Under the pieces are notes generated by a model that saw only the letters and a program-made list of their open reading frames with translations, searched no databases and was not told where the DNA came from. DNA of 59,512 bases, filler included. It is 3 parts of 3 records of this genome, joined end to end, with 100 filler letters (N's around TTAATTAATTAA, not from the genome) between each part and the next. Parts side by side here need not be neighbours in the genome. Positions count along the whole stretch, not along the records: positions 28,491 to 42,822 come from SRR20825019_1931; positions 42,923 to 59,512 come from SRR20825019_1935; 1 more part is not named here. The stretch is one strand, 5' to 3'. The position numbers and the translations under genes were made by a program. This document shows positions 39,262 through 49,147 of the stretch, piece by piece (within the stretch, counting starts at the first letter, position 1; each line of letters starts with the position of its first letter).

Positions 39262-40401
39262 TCACTGAAGCCTGAGCAACAGAGCCATCGACGGTTCGCC
39301 CGTGACCTCCAGCCCGTTCTGCCTTTGGTAGGCGGCGATCGCCGCGCGGGTTTGATCGCCGAATACGCCGTCGACGGTGCCTGCGTCGTAGCCCGCCGCC
39401 GCAAGCCGCAATTGCAGCTGCTTGCGCTGGTCGGCGGTGAAACCATAACCATCCGCGGGAAAACCGCCCCTCAGCGGGCCGGCGCCCGCAATCCGGTCGG
39501 CGAGGTATCCGACGCCCAGCGCATAATTGGTCGAATTGTTGTAGCGCTTGATGACGTTGAAATTCGGCCCCACGACAAAGACCGGACCGCCGGGCTGGGG
39601 CTGTATTCTGGTGGTTGCGGAGGCCGCGCCCGGCGAACCTTCCTCGCCGCCCCATGACTGACCTTTGCGCCATCCGGAGCGGGCAAGATAATTGGCCGTG
39701 CTCGCAAGCGCGTCGGTCGGGTCGCTGTCCCAGATATCGCGTCGCCCGTCACCGTTGAAATCGACCGCGTAAGCCAGGTAGGAGGTCGGAATGAACTGGG
39801 TGTGGCCCATGGCGCCGGCCCAGCTTCCCGTCATCCGTTCGGGTGCGATATCACCGTTTTGCAGTATCCTCAGCGCCCCGACCAACTGGTTTTCGAAGAA
39901 CGCCCCGCGCCGCCCGTCAAAGGCCAGCGTGGAGAGCGAGGAGACCACCGGGATACTGCCGCGCCGCTCGCCATACATGCTTTCCAGCCCCCATATGGCG
40001 ACAATGACATTGGCGTCGACACCGTAGGTCGCCTCGATCCGCTCCAGAACATCGCGATAGCGGGCATAGTTGGCGCGCCCCTTGGCGACCCGCTCGTCGG
40101 ATGCGGCGATGGCCAGATAATCTTCCAGCGTGCGGGTGAATTCGGTCTGGTTGCGATCCCGTTCGATGACGCCCGGCGTGTAGCCGGCATTGGCGAAGGC
40201 CGCCGTCAGCGTTCCGTCGGAAATTCCGCGTGTTGCGGCGCGGTTCTTGAACCCGACCACCCAGGAATCCCATGCGGGATTGGCAACCGGGCGCATCGCC
40301 GGATCGGAGACGGGCGAAAGGCCTCCGGCCGAATTGCCTGCGCAGGCCGAAAGCAGCGAGGCGAGCGCCCCGAGAGAAAACGCGCGCCGTGTCAGATACA
40401 T
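39262..40401 (-). CDS. Lytic murein transglycosylase (MltB-like) with PG-binding domain, lipoprotein
   Basis: TRR plus LSAC lipobox, IWGLES, GSWAGAMGHTQFIP, DFNGDGRRD, YNNS, C-terminal DGVFG..TR.AI. Confidence 0.93.
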   Translation of the reverse strand: MYLTRRAFSLGALASLLSACAGNSAGGLSPVSDPAMRPVANPAWDSWVVGFKNRAATRGISDGTLTAAFANAGYTPGVIERDRNQTEFTRTLEDYLAIAASDERVAKGRANYARYRDVLERIEATYGVDANVIVAIWGLESMYGERRGSIPVVSSLSTLAFDGRRGAFFENQLVGALRILQNGDIAPERMTGSWAGAMGHTQFIPTSYLAYAVDFNGDGRRDIWDSDPTDALASTANYLARSGWRKGQSWGGEEGSPGAASATTRIQPQPGGPVFVVGPNFNVIKRYNNSTNYALGVGYLADRIAGAGPLRGGFPADGYGFTADQRKQLQLRLAAAGYDAGTVDGVFGDQTRAAIAAYQRQNGLEVTGEPSMALLLRLQ

Positions 40402-40564
40402 ACCGATGATCCCGTTTCGACGAGAAGCGAGTCTAGCGCAATGACCCGCCGCCGGAAAGTCCGCGACATTGTGTCAGATGCAACCACCCGCCTTGAAATG
40501 CACCATCGTCTTGCTTTTGCGCACATGTCCGAACGGAAACGGCATCCAGTTTTCCCGGATGTCG

Positions 40565-42688
40565 TCAGTCGTCATCCGTATCGTAATATTTGTCGCCGTA
40601 GTGGGCGGCATAGCCATAGCCATAACCGTAATTATAGCCGTATCGCTTGAACCCGTTCGGATCGATCTGGTTCAGGACCAGGCCCTCGATTTTGCCTTTT
40701 TCAAACGAGCGGATCGCCTCTTCGGCCTGATTCTGATGGGTTGAATCCCATTTGACGATGAAGAGGATGGAATCGACAAACTGGCTGAGTACGCGTGCAT
40801 CGGGAACGATAAGCACCGGCGGCGCGTCAATTATGATGAAATCATACTTGGAGCGAGCCTCGCGGAGAAATTCGTCCATTCTTCTGGACGAAAGAACATC
40901 CGCCGCATTTTTCGTCGAACGTTCACCGAACAGAATGTCGATATCGAGTTCATCATGGCGGAAAACGGTTTCCTCCAGCGACTTCCTCCCCGAAAGCACG
41001 GAAATCAGGCCTGCATCGGTTCTGGAATTGCCGAAATACCAATGAAACGTCAACCGTCGCAGATCGCCTTCGACCAGAAGGACCTTCTTTCCCATACTCA
41101 CAAAATTGAGCGCCAGGGCGATACTGCTCGTTGTCTTGCCCTCGCCGGGGATGGAGGACGAAAGCATTATCACCTGCGGGGGCTTGTCGAGATTGGCGAG
41201 CAGAACCGACGTTCTGAGATTGCGTACCGCCTCGGCAAACGGCGACGTCGAATGCGTCTGAAGGTAGTGGAAGAAATCGCCCCGATGTTTCGCCGGCACC
41301 AGAGGCAACATGCCAACCACCGGCAAGCCTGTCAGTTCCTCGAGTTCCTGCGATGTCCGGAAGGTCTTGTTCCGCATCTCGAGAAGCAGGCTGAGCAGGC
41401 AGCCGAAAACGACGCCCAGAAGTCCGGCAAGAATAATAATCCTGTTCTTGTTCGGCTCGCTCGGGCCGACAGGCACGACCGCGTAGGAAAGAATGATGCT
41501 GTCTGCCTGCTGCACCCCCTGCTGGGCGGAGGTTTCCTTGAGGCGGGCCAGAAAATATTCGTAAAGCGTCCGGTTGGCTTCTGCTTCCCGCGTCAACTGC
41601 TCCAGTTCGAGATAGGAAGAGCTTTCGGTCTGAATTTTTGTCTCGAGCGCCGCTTCCGCTGTCTCCAATGAGGCCAGTTGGCTCTTGATCTCGGCTGAGT
41701 CCCTGCGACGATCGGCGAGCAGCGTCTCCATCCTCGTGTTGAAACGCGATGCAGCGAATCTATTGCCTGGAGCGGTAGCCGAGAGGTCGATGAGCGTCGG
41801 ATCGCCGAGCAGAACGGCTTTGTCCTCATAATCCGATGCTTGCTCGAGCTTCGCGAACAAAGCGTCGGAGGCTTCGACCCTCTGGCGGGTCTCGCTGATG
41901 CGATCGCGAATCGACTTCAATTGCCGCTCCAGCCCGCTCAGCACTTCCGGCGTGGTCAGCGGCGTATCGGTCTTGAACTGCTTTACCGCATTCTCGGATT
42001 TTCCGAGCGCGACCTTCAGTTCGGCAACCCTTTCGCTGAGCCAGTCGATCGCATCGACCGTGGCGCCGCGTTTGACGTCGACCTGGCGCTGCACATACTG
42101 TTCGGCGATCGTGTCGGCGACCAGCGCCGCCTTTTCAGGGTCCTCTGAACTCACGGTTATTCTAAAGGTGGTGGTATTGGGAACAACGTTTGCGGTAAAT
42201 CGGGTAAGCAGCGCGCTCACCACCCGGTCGCGGGTCCTGTCCGGATCAACGGGTCTCGGGGCGGGTTGCGAACCCGAAGACAACAGGCCCCTGAAATAGG
42301 CGACCAGCCTGGCAAACGCGGTCGGCTCCCTCAAGGCCCAGTTAAATTCCGGATCCGCGGTCAGATCGAGAATATCGACAACGTTCCCGAGCAGAATTCG
42401 TGACTTGATCACCTCGATTTCGGTTTGCAGCGCGACATCGTCCGTGCCAAGCTGCGCGAGCACGCTGGGCAGATCGATGATCTTCTCCGCCTGCCCGCTC
42501 ACCATCGTGACCGAAGATGCCCGATAGATCGGCGTTGTCATCCTGGTGGCGTAGTACCCGCCCGCCAGAACGAACAGGATGCATATCCCCGCAATCAGAA
42601 ATTTACGCCTCCAGAAAACAAAAAATATCTTCTGAATATCTATTTCGTCATTTTCAGTATTGGTTTTGCTATTCAGCATGTTGCTCAA
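40565..42688 (-). CDS. wzc: Polysaccharide co-polymerase/tyrosine autokinase (Wzc/ExoP family)
   Basis: EIDI N-terminus, two TM segments, Walker A GEGKT, DLR, IIDAPP and a Tyr-rich tail YGYNYGYGYGY. Confidence 0.9.
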   Translation of the reverse strand: MSNMLNSKTNTENDEIDIQKIFFVFWRRKFLIAGICILFVLAGGYYATRMTTPIYRASSVTMVSGQAEKIIDLPSVLAQLGTDDVALQTEIEVIKSRILLGNVVDILDLTADPEFNWALREPTAFARLVAYFRGLLSSGSQPAPRPVDPDRTRDRVVSALLTRFTANVVPNTTTFRITVSSEDPEKAALVADTIAEQYVQRQVDVKRGATVDAIDWLSERVAELKVALGKSENAVKQFKTDTPLTTPEVLSGLERQLKSIRDRISETRQRVEASDALFAKLEQASDYEDKAVLLGDPTLIDLSATAPGNRFAASRFNTRMETLLADRRRDSAEIKSQLASLETAEAALETKIQTESSSYLELEQLTREAEANRTLYEYFLARLKETSAQQGVQQADSIILSYAVVPVGPSEPNKNRIIILAGLLGVVFGCLLSLLLEMRNKTFRTSQELEELTGLPVVGMLPLVPAKHRGDFFHYLQTHSTSPFAEAVRNLRTSVLLANLDKPPQVIMLSSSIPGEGKTTSSIALALNFVSMGKKVLLVEGDLRRLTFHWYFGNSRTDAGLISVLSGRKSLEETVFRHDELDIDILFGERSTKNAADVLSSRRMDEFLREARSKYDFIIIDAPPVLIVPDARVLSQFVDSILFIVKWDSTHQNQAEEAIRSFEKGKIEGLVLNQIDPNGFKRYGYNYGYGYGYAAHYGDKYYDTDDD

Positions 42689-42822
42689 ATACTCAGGTCA
42701 TATATGTAAATCGTGTTGGTCATGCCGTCAGCCGATCCCGCGTTTTTACGCTGTCTTTGCTAGAGAATTCCGGTGAAAACAGGATCACCGGGAATGCTCT
42801 ATCTATTTGTTTTGGCGCATTT

Positions 42823-42922
42823 NNNNNNNNNNNNNNNNNNNNNNNNNNNNNNNNNNNNNNNNNNNNTTAATTAATTAANNNNNNNNNNNNNNNNNNNNNN
42901 NNNNNNNNNNNNNNNNNNNNNN
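42823..42922. other. Artificial contig linker
   Basis: 44 N + TTAATTAATTAA + 44 N. Confidence 0.99.
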
Positions 42923-43006
42923 CGCAGGCGGGAGAGAATATTGGGAGCAAGCCGCCGCTCCCCTCCAAAGTAGGGGGGGCCGGCCGAAGCCAGCCCCCGT
43001 TCCCCC

Positions 43007-44272
43007 TCAACCGCCGTGGCCATAGCCCTGGTTGCGGTCGATGTCGGTGTCGATTTCGTCGACCGCGCCATCCAGCGTGTCGGCGACATCCGCACCGTTG
43101 GCGATATCGGCGATCGCCTTCTGGAACACGCTGGTCTCGACCACATAGCCGGGCGTGACCGGACGGAGCGCCCCCTGCGCGTCCGACAGGCCGTAAAACA
43201 CGGCAAGCGGCGCGCCCTCCTTGTAGAAGTCGGACATGTCGGCGGCAGCCTGGGTGGCCGGCACCAGGCCGATGCCGTTAGAGAAATCCGCCAGATACTC
43301 GTCCTGCAGCGCGAATTCGATGAAGGCGGCAGCGCCCTCGGGGTGTTGCGAGGACGATGAAATGCCGAGCTGCCAGCTTGCCGCGCCGATCTTCTCGCCC
43401 TCGCCGAAATCGGGGGCAGGCAGGAAGACGACATCGTCGAAGGCGTCGAGTTTGGCGCGCGCCGTCCAGTTGCCGTTCCAGTCGATGGCGTAATCGCCGT
43501 TGATGAAGCCGTTCTGGTGGTCGGCCGGGTCCTGGCTCGGGCCGGGCGCCAGATCGCGCTCGAACAGCGACTGCCACCATTCGCCGAAGGCGATCGCCGC
43601 CTCGCCGTTCAGCACGCCCTCGGCGGACTGATATTCGGAGCGGTCGACAAGGTCGCCGCCGAAGGATTGCAGGAAGGGCAGGAAGGCATAGGTGTACCAT
43701 TCGCCGGCATCCGCCATGCCGAGGTTCAGCGGATATTCGAAATCGCCGCTGTCTTTCAGCTTGACAAGGATGGTATCGAATTCCTCTCCGGTCCACGGCT
43801 CTTCCAGCGTCGGTTTGCGGATATCGTATTTATCGAGATAGGACTGGCGGGTCATCATGGCGAGCGCCGCATCCCAGAGCCCGACGGAATAGACCTTGCC
43901 ATCCCACTCGCCAATCGCGCCCGGAAGGAAGCCATCGAGCTTCGATTTGTCGATCGGCAGCGGCTGCATATAACCGGACCAAGCCCAGTTCGGCATGATC
44001 GGGCCGTCGACATCGATAATGTCCGGCAGGTTGCCGGCAAGTGCCGCCGCCGTCACCGAGTCGTTATAGGAATCCTCGGGGAAGCTTTCGAGCACCACTT
44101 CCCAGTCATCCTGGCTGCCATTGAAGTCCGAAACGATGTTTTTCAGGATGCTCGATTCCGTTTCGTTGCCGGCGCCGTGATACCACATCGTCAGTTCGGT
44201 GGCGGCATAACCGGTCGCTGGCAGCGCCGTAGTCGCCATCAGCGATGCCAGGATGAAAGCTGTCTTCTGCAT
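43007..44272 (-). CDS. Sugar ABC transporter substrate-binding protein
   Basis: Signal peptide, AAL.G.LPDI family-1 SBP signature, GGAGG RBS. Confidence 0.9.
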   Translation of the reverse strand: MQKTAFILASLMATTALPATGYAATELTMWYHGAGNETESSILKNIVSDFNGSQDDWEVVLESFPEDSYNDSVTAAALAGNLPDIIDVDGPIMPNWAWSGYMQPLPIDKSKLDGFLPGAIGEWDGKVYSVGLWDAALAMMTRQSYLDKYDIRKPTLEEPWTGEEFDTILVKLKDSGDFEYPLNLGMADAGEWYTYAFLPFLQSFGGDLVDRSEYQSAEGVLNGEAAIAFGEWWQSLFERDLAPGPSQDPADHQNGFINGDYAIDWNGNWTARAKLDAFDDVVFLPAPDFGEGEKIGAASWQLGISSSSQHPEGAAAFIEFALQDEYLADFSNGIGLVPATQAAADMSDFYKEGAPLAVFYGLSDAQGALRPVTPGYVVETSVFQKAIADIANGADVADTLDGAVDEIDTDIDRNQGYGHGG

Positions 44273-44312
44273 GTTATCTCCTCCGATAAATTGCGCTCAG
44301 GCGGAATTGCCT

Positions 44313-44339
44313 AAAAAATGCGGTGGCTTGGCCACCGCA
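44313..44339 (-). terminator. Intrinsic terminator 40 nt upstream of the SBP start
   Basis: Perfect 9-bp stem TGCGGTGGC/GCCACCGCA followed by U6 on the minus strand. Confidence 0.75.
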
Positions 44340-44532
44340 AGAGACGTTTGTCGGGAGGGGGTGCCGCGTGAGCGGCGGGCAGGTCGAAGACCCAATAGAA
44401 AAGAGGTGGCGGGGGCTTTCCGGCGCACAGACGAACGGGTAACCGTTCCGCGCGCGCAGACTGCCATGACACCCTCCCCGTGCCAGGACAAAGCCACACC
44501 GCCAGTGTCCTGCCAGGGGCGGGACACATCTA

Positions 44533-44551
44533 ATGGTTAACGGATTACTAA
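44533..44551 (-). promoter_or_regulatory. CtrA-like box
   Basis: Minus strand TTAG-N7-TTAACCAT: one mismatch to TTAA-N7-TTAA, and it includes the TTAACCAT half-site. Confidence 0.4.
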
Positions 44552-44655
44552 CACGAAAGTTCCCCCGGGCTCAACCGGCGGACGCAATCAATTCGGCATC
44601 TGGGCTCTAAATGCTTCCGCCCCTACCGGGAACAGGTCTGCAATGACGCTGTCCG

Positions 44656-45636
44656 TTACCGGAAGCCCATCACGCGGTGCGGAATGTAGGGGGCCTCGAG
44701 CCGGGCGACCTCATCCTTCGAGAGGTTAAGTTCAAGCGCGCCAGCGGCATCATCCAGGTGATGCGGCTTCGATGCGCCGATGATCGGGGCGGAGACAACC
44801 GATTTCGACAGCACCCAGGCGAGCGCCACCTGCGCCATCGGCACGCCGCGTTCCTCGGCGATGGCCGCGACCGTCTCGACCACCTTGCGGTCGGCATCGG
44901 CGGTTTCGACAAACAGCGTCTTGCCGAATTCGTCGGTTTCGGTGCGGTTGGTCTCTGTGTCGAAAGGCCGGGTCAGGCGGCCGCGCGCCATCGGGCTCCA
45001 GGGGATAACGCCGATGCCCTCGGCTTGGCACAGCGGCAGCATCTCGCGCTCTTCCTCGCGGTAGAGCAGGTTGACGTAGTTCTGCATGGTCGAAAACCGC
45101 GCCCAGCCATGGGCCTTCTGGGTGGCGAGCATGGTGGCGAACTGCCAGGCGTGCATGGACGACGCGCCGATATAGCGCGCCTTGCCGGCCTTGACCACAT
45201 CGTGCAGCGCTTCCAGCGTTTCCTCGATCGGCACGTCATAGTCGAAACGGTGGATCTGGTAGAGGTCGACATAATCGGTGCCGAGGCGACGCAGCGAATT
45301 GTCGATCTCCTGCATGATCGCCTTGCGCGACAGACCGGCGCCGTTCGGGCCTTCATGCATCCGGCCGTGTACCTTGGTGGCGAGCACGATCTCCTCGCGC
45401 CGGGCAAATTCCTTCAGCGCGCGGCCGACGATTTCCTCCGATGTGCCGGCGGAATAGACATTGGCGGTATCGAAGAAATTGATGCCGTCCTCGACCGCCT
45501 TGCGGATGAAGGGCCGGCTATCCTCTTCGCCGAGCGACCATGGGTGGCTGCCGCGATCGGGCGCGCCATAGGTCATGCAGCCAAGGCAAAGGCGGGAAAC
45601 ATCGAGGCCGGTGCGGCCGAGCTTGACATATTTCAT
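44656..45636 (-). CDS. Aldo/keto reductase (YajO-like)
   Basis: LGRTGLDVSRLCLGCM, FFDTANVYS, ATKV, DLYQIHR. Confidence 0.93.
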   Translation of the reverse strand: MKYVKLGRTGLDVSRLCLGCMTYGAPDRGSHPWSLGEEDSRPFIRKAVEDGINFFDTANVYSAGTSEEIVGRALKEFARREEIVLATKVHGRMHEGPNGAGLSRKAIMQEIDNSLRRLGTDYVDLYQIHRFDYDVPIEETLEALHDVVKAGKARYIGASSMHAWQFATMLATQKAHGWARFSTMQNYVNLLYREEEREMLPLCQAEGIGVIPWSPMARGRLTRPFDTETNRTETDEFGKTLFVETADADRKVVETVAAIAEERGVPMAQVALAWVLSKSVVSAPIIGASKPHHLDDAAGALELNLSKDEVARLEAPYIPHRVMGFR

Positions 45637-45728
45637 GGCTGGAAATTCCTGTTTCCGGCAGGTTTGCCGATATTCGCGCCGCCGGCAAGAGCGAAAATGC
45701 AGCCGACGGCGTCGTGGCTTTCGATGGC

Positions 45729-46610
45729 TCAGGCCGCCTTGGCGAAAGCCTTCCGGCCCTCGGCATCGAGTGCGGAAAAATCGTCGTCGGAGAGCGCGAT
45801 CCTGGCCGCCGCGACATTTTCCTCCAGGTGTTTGACCTTGGAGGTGCCGGGGATCGGCAGCATCACCGGGCTGCGTTTCAGCACCCAGGCGAGCGCGATC
45901 TGGCTCGGCGCCGCACCATGCTTTTTGGCGATTTCGTCCAGCAGCGATCCCGGATTGGCAAGCTCGCCGGCGGCCAGCGGGAACCACGGAATGAAGCCGA
46001 TATCGTTGGCCGCGCAGTAATCCAGCACGTCTTCGCTGGTGCGGTCGACCAGATTGTAGCGGTTCTGGACGGTGGCGACGGGGAAGACCTTGCGGGCGGC
46101 TTCGATTTCGGCCACCGAGACCTCGCTCAACCCCGCATGGGCGATCAGGCCTTCATCGAGGAATTCCTTGATCGCGCCGAATTGTTCGTCGGCGGGCACC
46201 TTGGCATCGATGCGGTGGAGCTGCCAGAGGTCGATCTGTTCGACGCCCAGATTGCGCAGGCTCTTATGCACCTGCTGGCGCAGATATTCCGGCCGGCCGA
46301 CCGGAATCCAGACATTCGGTCCGGTGCGGGTCAAGCCGCCCTTGGTGGCAATCTTCACGTCATTATAGGGATGGAGCGCTTCCTTGATCAGCCATTCGGA
46401 AACATCGGGACCGTAACTGTCTGCGGTATCGATGAAATCGACGCCGAGTTCCGGCAGGCGTTTCAGCGTGGCAAGCGCGCCCTCGCGGTCGTCCGGCTCG
46501 CCCCAGATGCCCTTGCCGGTAATCCTCATGGCGCCATAGCCAAGCCGATTGACGGTGAGCTTGCCGCCGATGGAAAATGTGCCGGCCTTGTCGGCGATTT
46601 TGTCAACCAT
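45729..46610 (-). CDS. Aldo/keto reductase
   Basis: [34 protein letters not shown]. Confidence 0.93.
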   Translation of the reverse strand: MVDKIADKAGTFSIGGKLTVNRLGYGAMRITGKGIWGEPDDREGALATLKRLPELGVDFIDTADSYGPDVSEWLIKEALHPYNDVKIATKGGLTRTGPNVWIPVGRPEYLRQQVHKSLRNLGVEQIDLWQLHRIDAKVPADEQFGAIKEFLDEGLIAHAGLSEVSVAEIEAARKVFPVATVQNRYNLVDRTSEDVLDYCAANDIGFIPWFPLAAGELANPGSLLDEIAKKHGAAPSQIALAWVLKRSPVMLPIPGTSKVKHLEENVAAARIALSDDDFSALDAEGRKAFAKAA

Positions 46611-46759
46611 TGTCGTCTCCAGTGATGGGATGCGCAGGCCGGTCGGCCCTCAGCGCAGGGAAAATGTCGATTGCTGGACTGAGGTGGGACGGATCGGACA
46701 GGTTTTCAAGGCAGCGGACCGCTGCAGGCGCGCTGCGACGCCGCCGTATCGGGACGCCG

Positions 46760-47881
46760 CTACCGCTCGTTGCCGAAATATTGCTGCGCCAGTTCGCGCA
46801 CCACGCCGTCCTCCTGCAGCGACAGAAGGCGCAAGGTGATCGGCTGTATCAGCGTGTCCTGGCCATAGGGCAGGGCGAAGCCGAACTTGTCGGGGGCGAA
46901 GATGCGGCCGACGACGTCGAGGCCCAGATCGAGGTTTTGTGCCTTGTAGTATTCCAGCACCGGCGCATCGCCGACGATCGCGTCGATCTCGGCGCCGCGC
47001 AGCGCGGCGACGGCGTCGTCCATGCCGGTATAGGTCACGAAATCGACGCCGTTGCGGCGCATCCGGTTTTCGGCCGTGGACCCCTTGAACACGCCGACGG
47101 TGCGACCCGGCAGGTCATCCGGGCCGGTAATGCTGCCGGTGATTGCGATACTGGTCATGACGCTGGTGACCGATGAGGTGATATAGGCAACCACGGCGAT
47201 GCCGATGATCAGCCAGAAGGCCGAGAAGATCTTGCCATACCAGCCGAAGAGCTTCGCGCGGCTCGGCAGCGCCCCCTTGGTCGCCACCAGCATGACGGCA
47301 TAGAAGCTTTCCGACACGCCTTCGCGCCAGCGCTTCGGAAAGGTCTTGTCGAAGTGCCGGTCGAACAGCGTCAGCCCGATCGTGCCGACCACGATCAGCA
47401 CCAGCAGCCAGGCGTAGTAGCGCAGGTACCCGGCCTCGGCGAGACCGTTCCAGACATTGACAAGGGAGGAGCCGGTCCGGTCGTCGACCATGATGCGAAG
47501 CCCGGAATCGAACCAGGGCTGGGTGAAATCGACAAGTTCGGCGCGCTCTTCCGTAATCGAGATCGCGCCGACCGCCACATCGACGTCTCTGGCTGCCGTT
47601 GCCGCCAGCAGGTCGGCGACGGTCGCATATTCGACATAGGTCGGCTTGATGTTGAAGCCGTCCTCGATCTGTCGCCAGAGCTCGCTCGCCATGCCGGTGA
47701 TGGTGCCGTCGCTCTGCTTGGTGATGAATGGCGGCAGCACGCGGTAGCCGACCCTGATCTCAATCGGCTCGGTTGTTTCCTGGCCCGCCGATGGCCCCGC
47801 AAACCCGCATAGCGCGAGAAACAACAGTGAAACGACAAGACCCAGACGGCTTACAGTCAGGCATTGGCTTGCTTTTGACAT
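46760..47881 (-). CDS. Prokaryotic ionotropic glutamate receptor-like channel (S1-M1-P-M2-S2)
   Basis: Signal peptide, ISITEER..VDFTQP (S1), TM-pore-TM insert, GST and GDAPVL (S2). Confidence 0.8.
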   Translation of the reverse strand: MSKASQCLTVSRLGLVVSLLFLALCGFAGPSAGQETTEPIEIRVGYRVLPPFITKQSDGTITGMASELWRQIEDGFNIKPTYVEYATVADLLAATAARDVDVAVGAISITEERAELVDFTQPWFDSGLRIMVDDRTGSSLVNVWNGLAEAGYLRYYAWLLVLIVVGTIGLTLFDRHFDKTFPKRWREGVSESFYAVMLVATKGALPSRAKLFGWYGKIFSAFWLIIGIAVVAYITSSVTSVMTSIAITGSITGPDDLPGRTVGVFKGSTAENRMRRNGVDFVTYTGMDDAVAALRGAEIDAIVGDAPVLEYYKAQNLDLGLDVVGRIFAPDKFGFALPYGQDTLIQPITLRLLSLQEDGVVRELAQQYFGNER

Positions 47882-47900
47882 CTGTCGGGCGTCCTTTCGG

Positions 47901-49046
47901 TTATCCCCTGTAGATCAGCAGAAGGAAGGCGACGAAGAGCAGGAAATGCACGGCGCCCTGAAGCAGATTGGTGCGTCCGCTGGCGAATGTGACGATGCTG
48001 ACGGCGAGGATCAGGATCAGCAGCAAGGCATCCGTCGGCGCAAGGCCGAGCTCGAGGTCGAGGCCGAGCGCGCTCGAGACCACGAGCATGATCGGAACGG
48101 TCAGGCCGATCGTGGCGAGCACTGATCCGAGGAAAATATTCACGGACGACTGAAGCCGCTTGTCGAGCGCGGCCTTGACGCCGCCGATGCCTTCCGGCGT
48201 GGTGACCAGGATCGCCATCAGCACGCCGCCGATCACGCCGGGGGCGCCGTGAGATTCGATGATATAGTCGACAGGCTTGGCGAACTGCTCGACGAGATAG
48301 ACCACCGGCACGATGTAGCAGAACAGCAGGATGACGCTCAGCCAGAGCGGGCCGGGCGGCTTTTCGTGCTCTTCGGTTTGCGCGCCTTCCTCGTCCGGCT
48401 GGGAAAAATAGCCGCGATGCCGCCCTGTCTGCATCATCAGGAAAATGAAATAAAGGCCCGCCGCCATCGATCCGAGCATCACCTTTTGCAGCGTACTCAA
48501 GGTCGGTCCGGCGGTCGAACTGGTGAAATCGGGCAGGATCAGGCTGAACACCGCCAGCGGTATGATCACGCCCAGATAGGCATTGGCGCCCTGCAGGTTG
48601 AAGGTGAGCTCGCGATGGCGCAGCGCGCCGAGCAGCAGCGAAATCCCCAGCATGCCGCCCATGATGATCATCACCACCGAAAACAGCGTATCGCGCACCA
48701 GCGCCGGATTGTTTTCGCCGTTGAGCATCACCGCAGTAATGCTCAGTACCTCGATACCGGTAATCGACAGCGTCAGCACCAGCGTGCCGAAGGGTTCGCC
48801 GAGCCGCGCGGAGATTGCCTCCGCATGACGCACGACGCCGACAGCGGATGCCAGGATTACCAAAAAGAACCATGCGGTCAGGAAGGCCAGCTTCAGCGGG
48901 TGGCCCATATCGTAAAACAGCTTGTCTTCGAACAGCAGGGCGATGATGCTGGTGACGATGGCAATCGCGAGCACGCGCTCGCGCCTGGCAAAAGCGATAA
49001 GCGAGAAGCGCCCTGCGGCTTCAGGCGCGCTGTGCTCGCTGGTCAA
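47901..49046 (-). CDS. chaA: Ca2+(Na+)/H+ antiporter, CaCA family
   Basis: LGEPFGTLVLTLSITGIE, RDT, PE, GSVLATIGLTVP, LQGAVH. Confidence 0.9.
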   Translation of the reverse strand: MTSEHSAPEAAGRFSLIAFARRERVLAIAIVTSIIALLFEDKLFYDMGHPLKLAFLTAWFFLVILASAVGVVRHAEAISARLGEPFGTLVLTLSITGIEVLSITAVMLNGENNPALVRDTLFSVVMIIMGGMLGISLLLGALRHRELTFNLQGANAYLGVIIPLAVFSLILPDFTSSTAGPTLSTLQKVMLGSMAAGLYFIFLMMQTGRHRGYFSQPDEEGAQTEEHEKPPGPLWLSVILLFCYIVPVVYLVEQFAKPVDYIIESHGAPGVIGGVLMAILVTTPEGIGGVKAALDKRLQSSVNIFLGSVLATIGLTVPIMLVVSSALGLDLELGLAPTDALLLILILAVSIVTFASGRTNLLQGAVHFLLFVAFLLLIYRG

Positions 49047-49147
49047 GGTTATGCCTCCTCGTGTCGGACAGTCCAGCCAACTTGGCTTTCCTACTCGATT
49101 GCCATGATATCGCCATCATTTCAACTGCTGTCCGAGGCGGGGCCCAC

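Noticed and set aside
44297-44529. Small ORFs upstream of the sugar SBP
   Set aside because: They run through the terminator hairpin and have no protein-like features; an RNA-level explanation fits better.
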